Shown: positions 25,954 through 34,203 of the stretch, in pieces
Layout: the number at the start of each line of letters is the position of its first letter
How positions within the stretch are numbered: position 1 is the stretch's first letter
NCBI GenBank assembly: GCA_046597055.1
Contig: JBKJLC010000282.1
Location: forward strand, 1 to 34,203
Source: Kofleriaceae bacterium
Lineage (GTDB): Bacteria > Myxococcota_A > Polyangia > Haliangiales > Haliangiaceae
Length of the DNA stretch: 34,203 bases
Direction of reading: 5' to 3'
Made by a program: the position numbers and the translations under genes
Notes under the pieces: generated by a model
Told to the model about the DNA's origin: nothing
What the model saw: only the letters and a program-made list of their open reading frames with translations
Database searches by the model: none

Positions 25954-27870
25954 GTGGCGGAAGGCACCGCGTTACGCCTGGTGTCGAGGTGCTCGACGGT
26001 CGAAGAGGTCGTGCGGGCGTTCCGCACCCTGGTTCGGCCGGACGTGCCGGAGAGCCTCGACGTGCCCGTGGTCGGCGCTGCGCCCGCGGTCGGCACCGTG
26101 CTGCGCGTCGTGCTCACGCTGGCGAACAAGGTCGCGATCCTCGAAGGCGACGCCGAGGTGGTGATGGCCGGCGACCGGCTCGGGCTGCGCTTCGTGCGGC
26201 TTGATCCGCGCAGCCGAGCGCTCATGGCGCACATGCTCCTGTATCGCGACCGCGAGCCCGCGCCGCTGCCGCGCCACCTGGTGCCGCTCGGCGCGTCGGC
26301 CGGCACCGCGGCGACCGCGCGGGTCGGCGCCGAGCTCGCCGAGTGCACGGTCGAGCCGCTGACGGCGAGCGGCCCGGTGCCGCGCGCGACCTCTGACGTC
26401 ACCAACACGATCCGCATGCCGGGCCTGCCGCCGCAGCGTGGCGAGACCCTGCGCACCGCGCGCTCCGAGCTGGTGATGCCGGCCGCGCCGGCCGCGCCGG
26501 TGACCCCGGTGCGCCGCGAGCAGCAGAAGACGCTGATGGGCCTGGCACCGCTGGTGCGCCCCACCGTCGCGTCGGGGCCCACCCCGCACGGCGCGACCGA
26601 GGGTCGCGAGACCGGACCGACCGGGCCGATGCGCACCCCGCCGTCGCTGCCGCTGATCGGCATGCCGATCCAGGTCGACTCGGGCCCGACCACGCCGGTA
26701 CGGTCCTCGGGCGCGCCCCGGGTCGTCGATGACGCGCCAACCATCCCGAACGACGACATCGTCACGGACGTGGCGGTCGCGCTGACCGATCCGGACAGCG
26801 GGCTCGACGACGACGATCCGGTCGCCGAGCCACCGGTGCACCCCGGGGCGGTGCCGGTGTGGCCGCCGCCGCAGACGTGGCCAACGTCCCCCGGGTTCGG
26901 CCCACCGCCGGCGCCGGCGTTCGCACAACCGGCCCTTCCGCCCGTGGCGCCGGTCGCGACCCCGCGCGGCTACCCGGCGCACCCACCCGCACCGGCCCAC
27001 GCCGGCGCGCCGCCCTCGTACGTGCCGCGCGCGATCGCGCCTGATGGCGAGCTGACCGAGCTCGTGCAGCTGGGCCCGCCACCGCGGCGGCGCTGGGCGG
27101 TGGTCGTCGCGACCTCGGTTCTGGTCGCCGGCCTCGCCGCGGCAGCCGTGGTGATCGCGACCCGCGATCGCTCGAGCGACGACCCGGCCGCGAGCGCGGC
27201 ACCGGTCCCCCGCTCGGAAGCGCGGGCGGCACCGGCGGCCCCGCCCACCGCAGTCCGCCCGACGGCCGGCGGCCCGCCGGCGCCATCCGATCCACCGTCG
27301 TCAGCGAACCCACCGGTCGCCGTGCCCGCGGCAAACGACCCGGCGCTCGCGGCCACCAAGCCCGCGGCGCCCACCGAGCCCGCGGCGCCCGTCGCGCCCG
27401 CGGCGCCCACCGAGCCCGCGGCCGTGGTGGCCGCAGCGCCGGCGCCGCCGACCTGCACGGTGGCCTTCGCGTCGAACCCGGCCGGCGCCGAGGTCGTGAT
27501 CGCCCGCGAGGTCGTCGGCAAGACACCGCTGTCGCTCCAGCGGGCGTGCACGCCGTTCGCGGCCGCGTTCCGGCGCAACCGCTACCAGACGCTGTCGCGC
27601 AAGGTCACGCCCCGCGCGGGCACCACCAGCGTCTCGGTCCGCCTCGAGCGCCCGAGCTTCAAGGTGAAGGTCACCTCCCGGCCGGTCGGAGCGACGGTGA
27701 AGGTGGCGGGCGTCGTGGTGGGCAAGACGCCTACCACGGTCACGGTCCCTGGCTACGAGTCGGTCTCGATCGAGGCCAGCAAGCCCGGCTACGCACCCAG
27801 CAGCGAGCGGGTCTACGCGAGCAAGGGTGGCGGCAAGCTGGAGCTCAAGCTGAGGCCTCGTCGACGCTGA
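25954..27870 (+). CDS. PilZ-like N-domain / Pro-rich linker / TM / tandem PEGA-domain protein
   Basis: LEGDAEVV...LGLRFVRLD (PilZ-like); TM WAVVVATSVLVAGLAAAAVVI; PEGA units SNPAGAEV...GKTP and TSRPVGATV...GKTP...KPGY. Start could be 25891. Confidence 0.8.
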   Translation: MAEGTALRLVSRCSTVEEVVRAFRTLVRPDVPESLDVPVVGAAPAVGTVLRVVLTLANKVAILEGDAEVVMAGDRLGLRFVRLDPRSRALMAHMLLYRDREPAPLPRHLVPLGASAGTAATARVGAELAECTVEPLTASGPVPRATSDVTNTIRMPGLPPQRGETLRTARSELVMPAAPAAPVTPVRREQQKTLMGLAPLVRPTVASGPTPHGATEGRETGPTGPMRTPPSLPLIGMPIQVDSGPTTPVRSSGAPRVVDDAPTIPNDDIVTDVAVALTDPDSGLDDDDPVAEPPVHPGAVPVWPPPQTWPTSPGFGPPPAPAFAQPALPPVAPVATPRGYPAHPPAPAHAGAPPSYVPRAIAPDGELTELVQLGPPPRRRWAVVVATSVLVAGLAAAAVVIATRDRSSDDPAASAAPVPRSEARAAPAAPPTAVRPTAGGPPAPSDPPSSANPPVAVPAANDPALAATKPAAPTEPAAPVAPAAPTEPAAVVAAAPAPPTCTVAFASNPAGAEVVIAREVVGKTPLSLQRACTPFAAAFRRNRYQTLSRKVTPRAGTTSVSVRLERPSFKVKVTSRPVGATVKVAGVVVGKTPTTVTVPGYESVSIEASKPGYAPSSERVYASKGGGKLELKLRPRRR

Positions 27871-27961
27871 CCGGCGCCGGTGATGCGCGGCCTCGCCGGT
27901 GCGCACGGCGTCGGTTTCCAGAGGTTGACGCTGCGCCCGCGCCGGTGCACAAGTACCGGCC

Positions 27962-28309
27962 GTGATCCACGTCCTCCTGGCCTCCGCGCTGCCCCTGACC
28001 GTGTTCTTCGCGGTCTGGTGGCGCCGCGGCCGTCAGACCTCGGTGCGCGCGCTGATCGTGCTGCCGCTCGCGTGCCTGGTCTCGGGCGCGTGGGCGGTGG
28101 TGCCCGACATGCCGCGGGTGTGGGGCAACCAGCTCTACTACAACCAGCTGCACCACCGGTCGTACTGCGACGCGTGGTGGCTCCACTGTACGATCGATCG
28201 CCACGACGACATCGATAGCTCGATGCTGTTCCCGGCGCTGTTCGTGCTCGCCACGGTGGCGGTGCTCGCGGTCGCCTGGGGCGAGCTGCGCCGGGTGGAG
28301 ACGCGCTAG
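27962..28309 (+). CDS. Small membrane protein, YbcI/metal-dependent hydrolase-like
   Basis: Three hydrophobic segments; H...AVVPDMP...LHH...LHCTID. Confidence 0.65.
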   Translation: MIHVLLASALPLTVFFAVWWRRGRQTSVRALIVLPLACLVSGAWAVVPDMPRVWGNQLYYNQLHHRSYCDAWWLHCTIDRHDDIDSSMLFPALFVLATVAVLAVAWGELRRVETR

Positions 28310-28675
28310 ATGGCCCACGCCAATCTGCACATGGCGCTCGGGCTCGGCGTCGGCACCGCGGTCACGCTGGTGCCGCTCGCGCGCGCGTGGCTGCGCGGCG
28401 CCCCGGTCGCCCGGCCGCTGGGACGCATGCTGCTCGCCGGCTACCTGGTCGGCATCTGGGCGCTCTTGCCCAACCTGCTGACCTCGGCGGGCGCGCCGGC
28501 GTCGATCCACCACCAGTGGTGGAGCAACCTGTTCGTGTTCCACGCTGCGATCGACGCCCGGAAATCCGGCGGCCTCCTGATCGGCGAGCTGCTGCTGGTC
28601 GCGCTGCTCGTCTTCCAGTACGCGCTGCTGGTGCTCGCCATCATCCGGGCCCGCGCCGCCGCGCCTGATCGCTAG
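28310..28675 (+). CDS. Small membrane protein, apparent paralog of upstream gene
   Basis: Abuts the upstream stop; H..LH...WALLPN...IHH...FHAAID; three hydrophobic segments. Confidence 0.65.
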   Translation: MAHANLHMALGLGVGTAVTLVPLARAWLRGAPVARPLGRMLLAGYLVGIWALLPNLLTSAGAPASIHHQWWSNLFVFHAAIDARKSGGLLIGELLLVALLVFQYALLVLAIIRARAAAPDR

Positions 28676-29385
28676 CGGCGCGACTCGCCCTTCCACCACG
28701 CGGCCACCCACTCGGTGTCCTCGAAGCGGAAGCTCGTCTTCTGCACGCCCGGCATCGCCATCACGTGAGCCTCGACCCGGCGCGCCGCCGGCGCGAAGTA
28801 GGTCACCAGGCACACCCCGCCGAGCCGGTCGATCGTCTTCAGGAACCGGGGGATGTCGCTCATGTAGTAGACGACCTCGCACGCGGTCACCAGGTCGAAG
28901 CGGGCGCGCTCGTTGACCCAGGGCTGCGCGAACAGCTCGACGCTGCTGAAGTCGACCGCCGGCAGCCGGCGGCGGGCCCGCTCGATCGCGGTCGCCGACA
29001 CGTCGAGCCCGGTCAGCCGGTCCGTGAGCCGCGCCAGGTGCTCGCTCTGGTGGCCCTCGCCGCAGCCGACCTCGAGCACGCGCGCGAACCGGTTGCCCAG
29101 GTTGGCCTCGATCACGCGGTTGGTCTCGGCGAACCGGAACCGCTCGGTGTCCGAGTTCATGTGCCACGGGTCGGCGACCTTGTAGGCCAGGTCGAGCCGT
29201 CCGTAGTTGTCGGCCTGTGCGACGCCGCGCATCGCGTACTTCATCCAGGTCCGGCGGACCAGCTGCTGGGTTCGATCGCGCAGCTGCTCGACACGCAGCG
29301 GCAGCGCCAGCTCGTCGATCGCGGCGCGCACGTCGCCGCGGCGCAGGTGAGTGACGGCGTCGCGCAGGTCCTGGAACATGCTCAT
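28672..29385 (-). CDS. Class I SAM-dependent methyltransferase, NodS-like
   Basis: DPWHM...ERFR, VLEVGCGEG, GLDVS..AIERAR, FDLV..CEVVYY. Confidence 0.85.
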   Translation of the reverse strand: MSMFQDLRDAVTHLRRGDVRAAIDELALPLRVEQLRDRTQQLVRRTWMKYAMRGVAQADNYGRLDLAYKVADPWHMNSDTERFRFAETNRVIEANLGNRFARVLEVGCGEGHQSEHLARLTDRLTGLDVSATAIERARRRLPAVDFSSVELFAQPWVNERARFDLVTACEVVYYMSDIPRFLKTIDRLGGVCLVTYFAPAARRVEAHVMAMPGVQKTSFRFEDTEWVAAWWKGESRR

Positions 29386-29422
29386 GGGGCGGGCCGAGGG
29401 TAGCCTGGCGCCGGGGCGGCGG

Positions 29423-30463
29423 TCACTCGCCGCGTGCGGGGTACGCGAGCTGGGGGATCGCGAGCTGGCCGAGGAACATCTCGTCCGACAGCGCGCGGTC
29501 GACCGCGATCCGGCCGATGTCGAGCCGATCCGGGCGGCGCCACATCGAGACCACGCCGGTCGCGTTGGTCATGCCGACCCGGTAGCCGGCGGCGGCGACC
29601 GCGGCGCGCACCTTGGGCAGGTGCACGATCGATCGACCGACCGGATAGGCGATCACCCGTACCGGCCGGTCCATCTCGCGGGTCAGGTCTTCGCGGGCGC
29701 CGGCCAGCTCGTCGACCAGCGCGCGCTCGTCGAGCGTCTGCAGCACGCGGTGGCTGCGGGTGTGGGACTCGATGTCCATGCCGGCGTCGCGCAGCTGCCG
29801 GATCTCGTCCCAGGTCATGATCATCTCGTCGGCGAGCTGGCGCTCGATCGCCGGCGTCCACGCGACCTCGGCGGCGCGCGCGACCTCGATGAGGAAGCGC
29901 TCGAGATCGAGCCCGCGCTCGTCTTTCACGATGCCGTTCAGCACGCCGCGGGCCTGGCCACGATCGGCGAGCGGGACGGTCAGCGCGCGCGGATACGCCA
30001 GCTGCAGCGCGCGGCCGCGGGCGTGCTTGACCAGCCACGCGATCCGGTCCCACCAGTACAGGCGTCGCTCGTTGACGAACGAGGTCGCGATGAAGAACAC
30101 CGCGGGCAGGCCGAGCCGGCGCAGGATCGGCAGCGCGACGGTCAGGTTGCTGCGATAGCCGTCGTCGAACGTCACCATGCACGGGTTGGGCGGCAGCTCG
30201 GCGCCGCGCTCGAGCCCGGCCAGCAGCTGGTCGACGCCGATCACCGAGAAGTGGCGCTTCAGCAGCTCCATCTGGCGCTGGAACTGGGCCGGGGTGACGT
30301 CGGCCGTGTCGGGGTCGAACACGTAGTCACTGGCCGGCTCCGACACGTGGTGATACGTGAGGATCGAGAGGACCGGAACCCGCAGGCGACTGCGCACCTG
30401 CAAGATCGTGCTGGGGCCACCGGCGCGCGCCAGTAACGTGGCCAGCTGCTCGCGGCGACCCAT
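29423..30463 (-). CDS. Polysaccharide deacetylase (CE4/NodB domain)
   Basis: ILTYHHV, VTFDDGY, MTWDEI, IESHTRSH, IAYPVG. Confidence 0.92.
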   Translation of the reverse strand: MGRREQLATLLARAGGPSTILQVRSRLRVPVLSILTYHHVSEPASDYVFDPDTADVTPAQFQRQMELLKRHFSVIGVDQLLAGLERGAELPPNPCMVTFDDGYRSNLTVALPILRRLGLPAVFFIATSFVNERRLYWWDRIAWLVKHARGRALQLAYPRALTVPLADRGQARGVLNGIVKDERGLDLERFLIEVARAAEVAWTPAIERQLADEMIMTWDEIRQLRDAGMDIESHTRSHRVLQTLDERALVDELAGAREDLTREMDRPVRVIAYPVGRSIVHLPKVRAAVAAAGYRVGMTNATGVVSMWRRPDRLDIGRIAVDRALSDEMFLGQLAIPQLAYPARGE

Positions 30464-30504
30464 CGGGTCAGCCTACCACCACCGCTCGCGATTCGCGCAT
30501 CGGT

Positions 30505-31446
30505 TCAGGTCCGCCCGCCACGGGCCCGGACCCAGCCACGGGCCCGGACGCCCGCGTTCTTGGCCATGTCGAGCCCGAGCCGGCCCAGCTCGCGCAGCTC
30601 GGCCGGGGTCCGGACCCGCAGGGCGGCCAGGCCGGCGAGCCGGGCCGCCTCCGGGAAGTCGCCCTCCCACAGGAAGCCGCGCGCGTTGCGGCTGTACGCC
30701 CAGAACAGGGCCGCCGCGCAGTCACCGGCCGCGATCGAGTGGCCGTTCTCCCGGACGAACCGCTCGACCACCTCGATGTAGTCGTGGTGGGTGCGCGCCA
30801 GCTGCGACAGGCCCTGGTGGCCGCGCATCGCCCGGGTCAGCGGCTCGGGGACCACCGCCACCTGGAAGCGCAGCGCGACCCGCAGCAAGAAGTCGAGATC
30901 CTCGGCGGTGCGCAGCGACGCGTCGAACCCGCCGGTCGCCTCGAACACCTCGCGCCGGAACATCGCCGACGCCGGCGCCAGCGACGGCAACCGCAGCGCG
31001 TGCGGCAGCACCCAGCCGTCGGCCGGGAACTGGGCCCGGCGGTCGAACACCTCGAAGGTGGCGCGCTGCTCGTCCATGCGCTCGACGTCGGTGACCACCA
31101 TGCCGATCGCCGGGCGGGCGGTCAGGAGCGCGGCCTGCTTCGCGATCTTGGACGGCTTCCACTCGTCGTCGTCGTCGAGGAGCGCGAGGTAGGCGCCCCG
31201 GGAGTGCTCCATCCCGAAGTTGCGCGCGGCCGACACCCCGCCATTGGGCTTGCGCAGGTAGCGCACCCGATCGCCGAACTCGCGGGCCAGCACCGCCTGG
31301 GTGTCGTCGCTGCCGCCGTCGTCGACCACCACGATCTCCAGGGACGCCGCCGGGTAGGTCTGGTCGACCGCGCTCGCGACCGCCACCCGCACGTCTCTGG
31401 CGCGGTTGTAGGTCGGGATGATGGCAGACACGACCGGCGGGCGCAT
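30505..31446 (-). CDS. Glycosyltransferase family 2
   Basis: VSAIIPTYNR, VVDDG, NGGVSAARN.G, LLDDDD, GGFD..L..AEDLD. Confidence 0.93.
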   Translation of the reverse strand: MRPPVVSAIIPTYNRARDVRVAVASAVDQTYPAASLEIVVVDDGGSDDTQAVLAREFGDRVRYLRKPNGGVSAARNFGMEHSRGAYLALLDDDDEWKPSKIAKQAALLTARPAIGMVVTDVERMDEQRATFEVFDRRAQFPADGWVLPHALRLPSLAPASAMFRREVFEATGGFDASLRTAEDLDFLLRVALRFQVAVVPEPLTRAMRGHQGLSQLARTHHDYIEVVERFVRENGHSIAAGDCAAALFWAYSRNARGFLWEGDFPEAARLAGLAALRVRTPAELRELGRLGLDMAKNAGVRARGWVRARGGRT

Positions 31447-31559
31447 GGACCGCCTATTCTGCCGATGTGGGGCGACGCCGCAACTGTGACGCGGCCGCCC
31501 CGGCGCCCGACCCCTGCATTCCCTCGACGCCGTGAGCCTGCTGGGCTACCAATCGAGGG

Positions 31560-32627
31560 GTGACGCCCAAGCAGAGCCTGGCCACGCTCGCCAAGTCGCC
31601 CGTCCTCAAGCAGGCGCTGTATTACTCCGGCGCGCTCGAGGTCTACCACCGGCGGCGCAACCGCGATCGGCTGACGGTGGTCATGTTCCACCGCGTGCTG
31701 GCCCTGAGCGATCCGCGCTGGCCGACCGCTGACCCCGAGTACAGCCTGCGCGACGACCTGTTCGCCGACTGCCTCGATTTTTTCAAGCGCCACTACCACG
31801 TGGTCGCCCTCGACGACGTGCTGGCCGCCCGCGCGGGCGGCGCGCCGCTGCCGGCTCGCCCGCTGCTGATCACGTTCGACGACGGCTGGGCCGACAACGA
31901 GGAGCACGCGCTCGCGCACCTGCGCCGGGCCGGCCTGCCGTCGGTCCTGTTCGTGGTCGCCGACGCGATCGGCCGCCACGAGCCGTTCTTCCAGGAGCGC
32001 CTGATCGGGGCGTGGAAGGCCGGCCGCCTCGACGACGCCCGCGCCGCGCAGCTGTGGCGGGACGCCGGGGGCGACCCGGCCCGGACCCCGGCCCTGGCCG
32101 GCGCCGGCAAGGCAGAGCTCGAGCCGCTGCGCGCGGTGATCACCCAGGTCGAGCAGCTGCCCGACGACCGTCGGCGCCGGCTGCTGGCCGCGCTGGCGCC
32201 CGTCCTCGACGACGGCGTCCGCTACATGGTCACGAGCGATCAGCTGCGCAACCTGGCCGGCCACTTCGTCGCGATCGGCGCCCACGGCAAGACCCACACC
32301 CCGATGACCCGCGCGTCCGACCTCGACGCCGAGCTGACCGGGGCCCGCACCCTCATCGCCGAGCGGCTGGGCGCGCCGCGCCAGGTGCCGACCACCCTGT
32401 CGTTCCCGCACGGCGCCCACGACGACGCGGTGGTCGCGCGGGCCCACGGCGCCGGCTACCAGCTCCTGTTCACCAGCGTGCCCGAGCTGCCCAGCGCGCG
32501 CGGCAGCGGCCCCGGGGTGCTGGGGCGGGTCGGCTTCACCGACGAGACCATCACCGACGCGCGCGGCCGGTTCGCGCCCGAGCTGCTCGCGCTGCACCTG
32601 TTTCGCAAGCCGCACGCGACCACCTGA
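31560..32627 (+). CDS. Polysaccharide deacetylase (CE4/NodB domain)
   Basis: VVMFHRV, ITFDDGW, IGAHGKTH, LSFPHG. Confidence 0.9.
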   Translation: MTPKQSLATLAKSPVLKQALYYSGALEVYHRRRNRDRLTVVMFHRVLALSDPRWPTADPEYSLRDDLFADCLDFFKRHYHVVALDDVLAARAGGAPLPARPLLITFDDGWADNEEHALAHLRRAGLPSVLFVVADAIGRHEPFFQERLIGAWKAGRLDDARAAQLWRDAGGDPARTPALAGAGKAELEPLRAVITQVEQLPDDRRRRLLAALAPVLDDGVRYMVTSDQLRNLAGHFVAIGAHGKTHTPMTRASDLDAELTGARTLIAERLGAPRQVPTTLSFPHGAHDDAVVARAHGAGYQLLFTSVPELPSARGSGPGVLGRVGFTDETITDARGRFAPELLALHLFRKPHATT

Positions 32628-32639
32628 TAGGATCGCGGC

Positions 32640-34013
32640 ATGTTCGGGGTGTTCGGTATCTGCGGCCTGCTGGTGTTCATGCTGGCCAGGCCCCAGGAGT
32701 TCGTCGAGGTCCTGCAGCGGCTACCGATGCTTTACCTGTGCTGCGCCGGCGCGGTCGGCGGCATGGTCCTCGACATGAAGCTGCGCCGGCTCGAGCCGCA
32801 CGCGGTGCCGATCCTCAAGTGGGTCATCGCGTTCATGGTGTGGGCGTTCATCTCCACCGCGGTGAAGGCCCCGCTGAAGCTCATCCCCAACACGATCGAG
32901 CTCGCGATCCTCTTCATCCTGTTCGCCACGCTCGCCCACGGCGTGCAGCGCCTCCACACGTTCCGCATCGTGGCCGGCACCGTGATGGTCGTGTGCCTGT
33001 TCCTGACGCTGGTGTGCATCGACCAGGGCCTGCAGGACCGGTCGTGCATCATCTCCGACGACGAGCACCCGGGCGAGGGCATCCCCGACGGGCGCCCGTG
33101 CGAGACGACCGAGGACTGCTACGGCCAGGACGCCGAGCCGGGCGCCGAGTACCGGTGCGAGAAGGCTGGCATGTTCGGGACCTACTCGATCGAGGATCGG
33201 GTGCGGTACCGCGGCGAGCTCCACGATCCCAACGAGCTCGGCATGACGGTCTGCATCGGCGGGTTCGCGTTCCTGATCGCGTTTGCCAACCAGCGCCGGC
33301 GCGCGGTCACCATCGTGTTCACCGTGATCGGCAGCGGGCTGGTGATGTACTGCGTGCAGCTCACCCAGTCGCGCGGCGCGATCGTCGTGTTCGCCCTGGT
33401 CGCCGGGGTCTATGCGGTCCGCCGCTACGGCATCACCGGCATCCTGGCGGCGGGCGCGCTGGCGCTGCCGCTCCTGGCCATGGGCGGTCGCAGCGGCGAC
33501 AAGGCCGACGCGTCGACCCAGCTGCGCTACGAGGCGTGGGCGGCCGGCTCGCAGATGTTCAAGCAGAGCCCGTTGTTCGGGGTCGGTCAGCGCCAGTTCG
33601 GCGAGAACCACGTGATGACGGCGCACAACTCGTACGTGCTGTCGCTCGCCGAGCTCGGGTTCCCCGGCCTGGTGCTGTTCGTCACGCTCCTGTTCCTGAC
33701 CATGAAGACGCTGGTCCGCGGCGTGATCGACCTCGAGCACGTGCCCGGCGCGCGCCCGGCCCAGGTGTGGGCGATGGCGCTGATCTCGTCGTTCTGCGGG
33801 ATGATGTTCGCCATCAACACGCTGTCGTTCTGCTACCACACGGTGCTGTGGGTCTTCCTGGGGATGGCCGGCGCGTGGGTGTCGGTCGTGCGCCACCACA
33901 AGCCCGACTTCGACGTCCGCGTCACCGCCCGCGACTTCATGTTCATCGTCGCCGGCTGCGCGCTCTACGCGGTGGTGGTGCTGCCGGTCTTCGTCCGGAT
34001 CAAGGGCGCGTAG
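32640..34013 (+). CDS. O-antigen ligase / Wzy_C family membrane protein
   Basis: About 11-12 TM segments; DPNELG, TQSRGA, PLFGVG..QF, AHNSYVL.LAELG.PG. Confidence 0.9.
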   Translation: MFGVFGICGLLVFMLARPQEFVEVLQRLPMLYLCCAGAVGGMVLDMKLRRLEPHAVPILKWVIAFMVWAFISTAVKAPLKLIPNTIELAILFILFATLAHGVQRLHTFRIVAGTVMVVCLFLTLVCIDQGLQDRSCIISDDEHPGEGIPDGRPCETTEDCYGQDAEPGAEYRCEKAGMFGTYSIEDRVRYRGELHDPNELGMTVCIGGFAFLIAFANQRRRAVTIVFTVIGSGLVMYCVQLTQSRGAIVVFALVAGVYAVRRYGITGILAAGALALPLLAMGGRSGDKADASTQLRYEAWAAGSQMFKQSPLFGVGQRQFGENHVMTAHNSYVLSLAELGFPGLVLFVTLLFLTMKTLVRGVIDLEHVPGARPAQVWAMALISSFCGMMFAINTLSFCYHTVLWVFLGMAGAWVSVVRHHKPDFDVRVTARDFMFIVAGCALYAVVVLPVFVRIKGA

Positions 34014-34090
34014 CCGCTCCGAGCCGCTCGTAGCCGCCCGGTCCGGAGTCCCGTGGCTGTCGGCCCGGGGTGCAGTATCCTGTGGAGATG

Positions 34091-34203
34091 GTGCGTCGTG
34101 ACGACGGCGGAAAGCTCGGTCCGGTTCGGGCCGGGGAACCGCCGTCACGCTGTGGAGATCCAGCGGGTGAGAGTCCCGTCCCGGTAAGCGCCGGAGCGCC
34201 GGG
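34091..34203 (+). mobile_element. Probable 5' end (domain I) of a group II intron, truncated by window edge
   Basis: Begins GTGCG (GUGYG consensus). Stem GACGGCGG (34103-10)/CCGCCGTC (34139-46), followed by the GGGTGAGAGTCCC hairpin typical of domain Ic. Domains V/VI and the RT are not in the window. Confidence 0.65.

Noticed and set aside
21760..27430. Short direct repeats encoding APTEP units in kinase 2 and the PEGA protein
   Set aside because: In-frame expansions of Pro-rich linkers, ordinary for these proteins.
34060..34203. Cobalamin riboswitch
   Set aside because: GGGAA and GGTGAGAGTCC look superficially similar, but the conserved downstream core (CCCGCAACTGT-like and the B12 box) is not visible. 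The GTGCG boundary and stems fit a group II intron better.

Overview
High-GC (roughly 70% or more) bacterial chromosomal segment. Its gene content points to a Myxococcota (Kofleriaceae/Haliangiales-like) genome: Ser/Thr kinase + TPR pairs, a PEGA protein and many Cys-rich lipoproteins. That taxonomic assignment is inference. In order, the window holds: two ~0.7-1 kb clusters of a short REP-like palindrome GGTG-(C/G)CTGA-CACC, in opposite orientation around a DUF349 gene; a GNAT; glgB + GH57/DUF3536; a Usp; a tightly coupled c-type cytochrome cluster (two P460-like lipoproteins, two PSCyt1-like lipoproteins, a Cyc2-like monoheme/beta-barrel fusion and a truncated DUF692/MNIO remnant); a YkgJ-like Cys-cluster protein; two paralogous kinase-TPR modules around a thioesterase; a metzincin-like protein; a D-Ala-D-Ala dipeptidase; a Bd0055-type bacterial histone with a Lys-rich N-terminal tail; a PilZ-like/PEGA protein; part of a polysaccharide modification locus; and the probable 5' end of a group II intron at the right edge. 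The best candidates for an undescribed system are the porin-cytochrome/P460 cluster and the tailed histone. All family calls come from motif recognition by eye; no searches were run.
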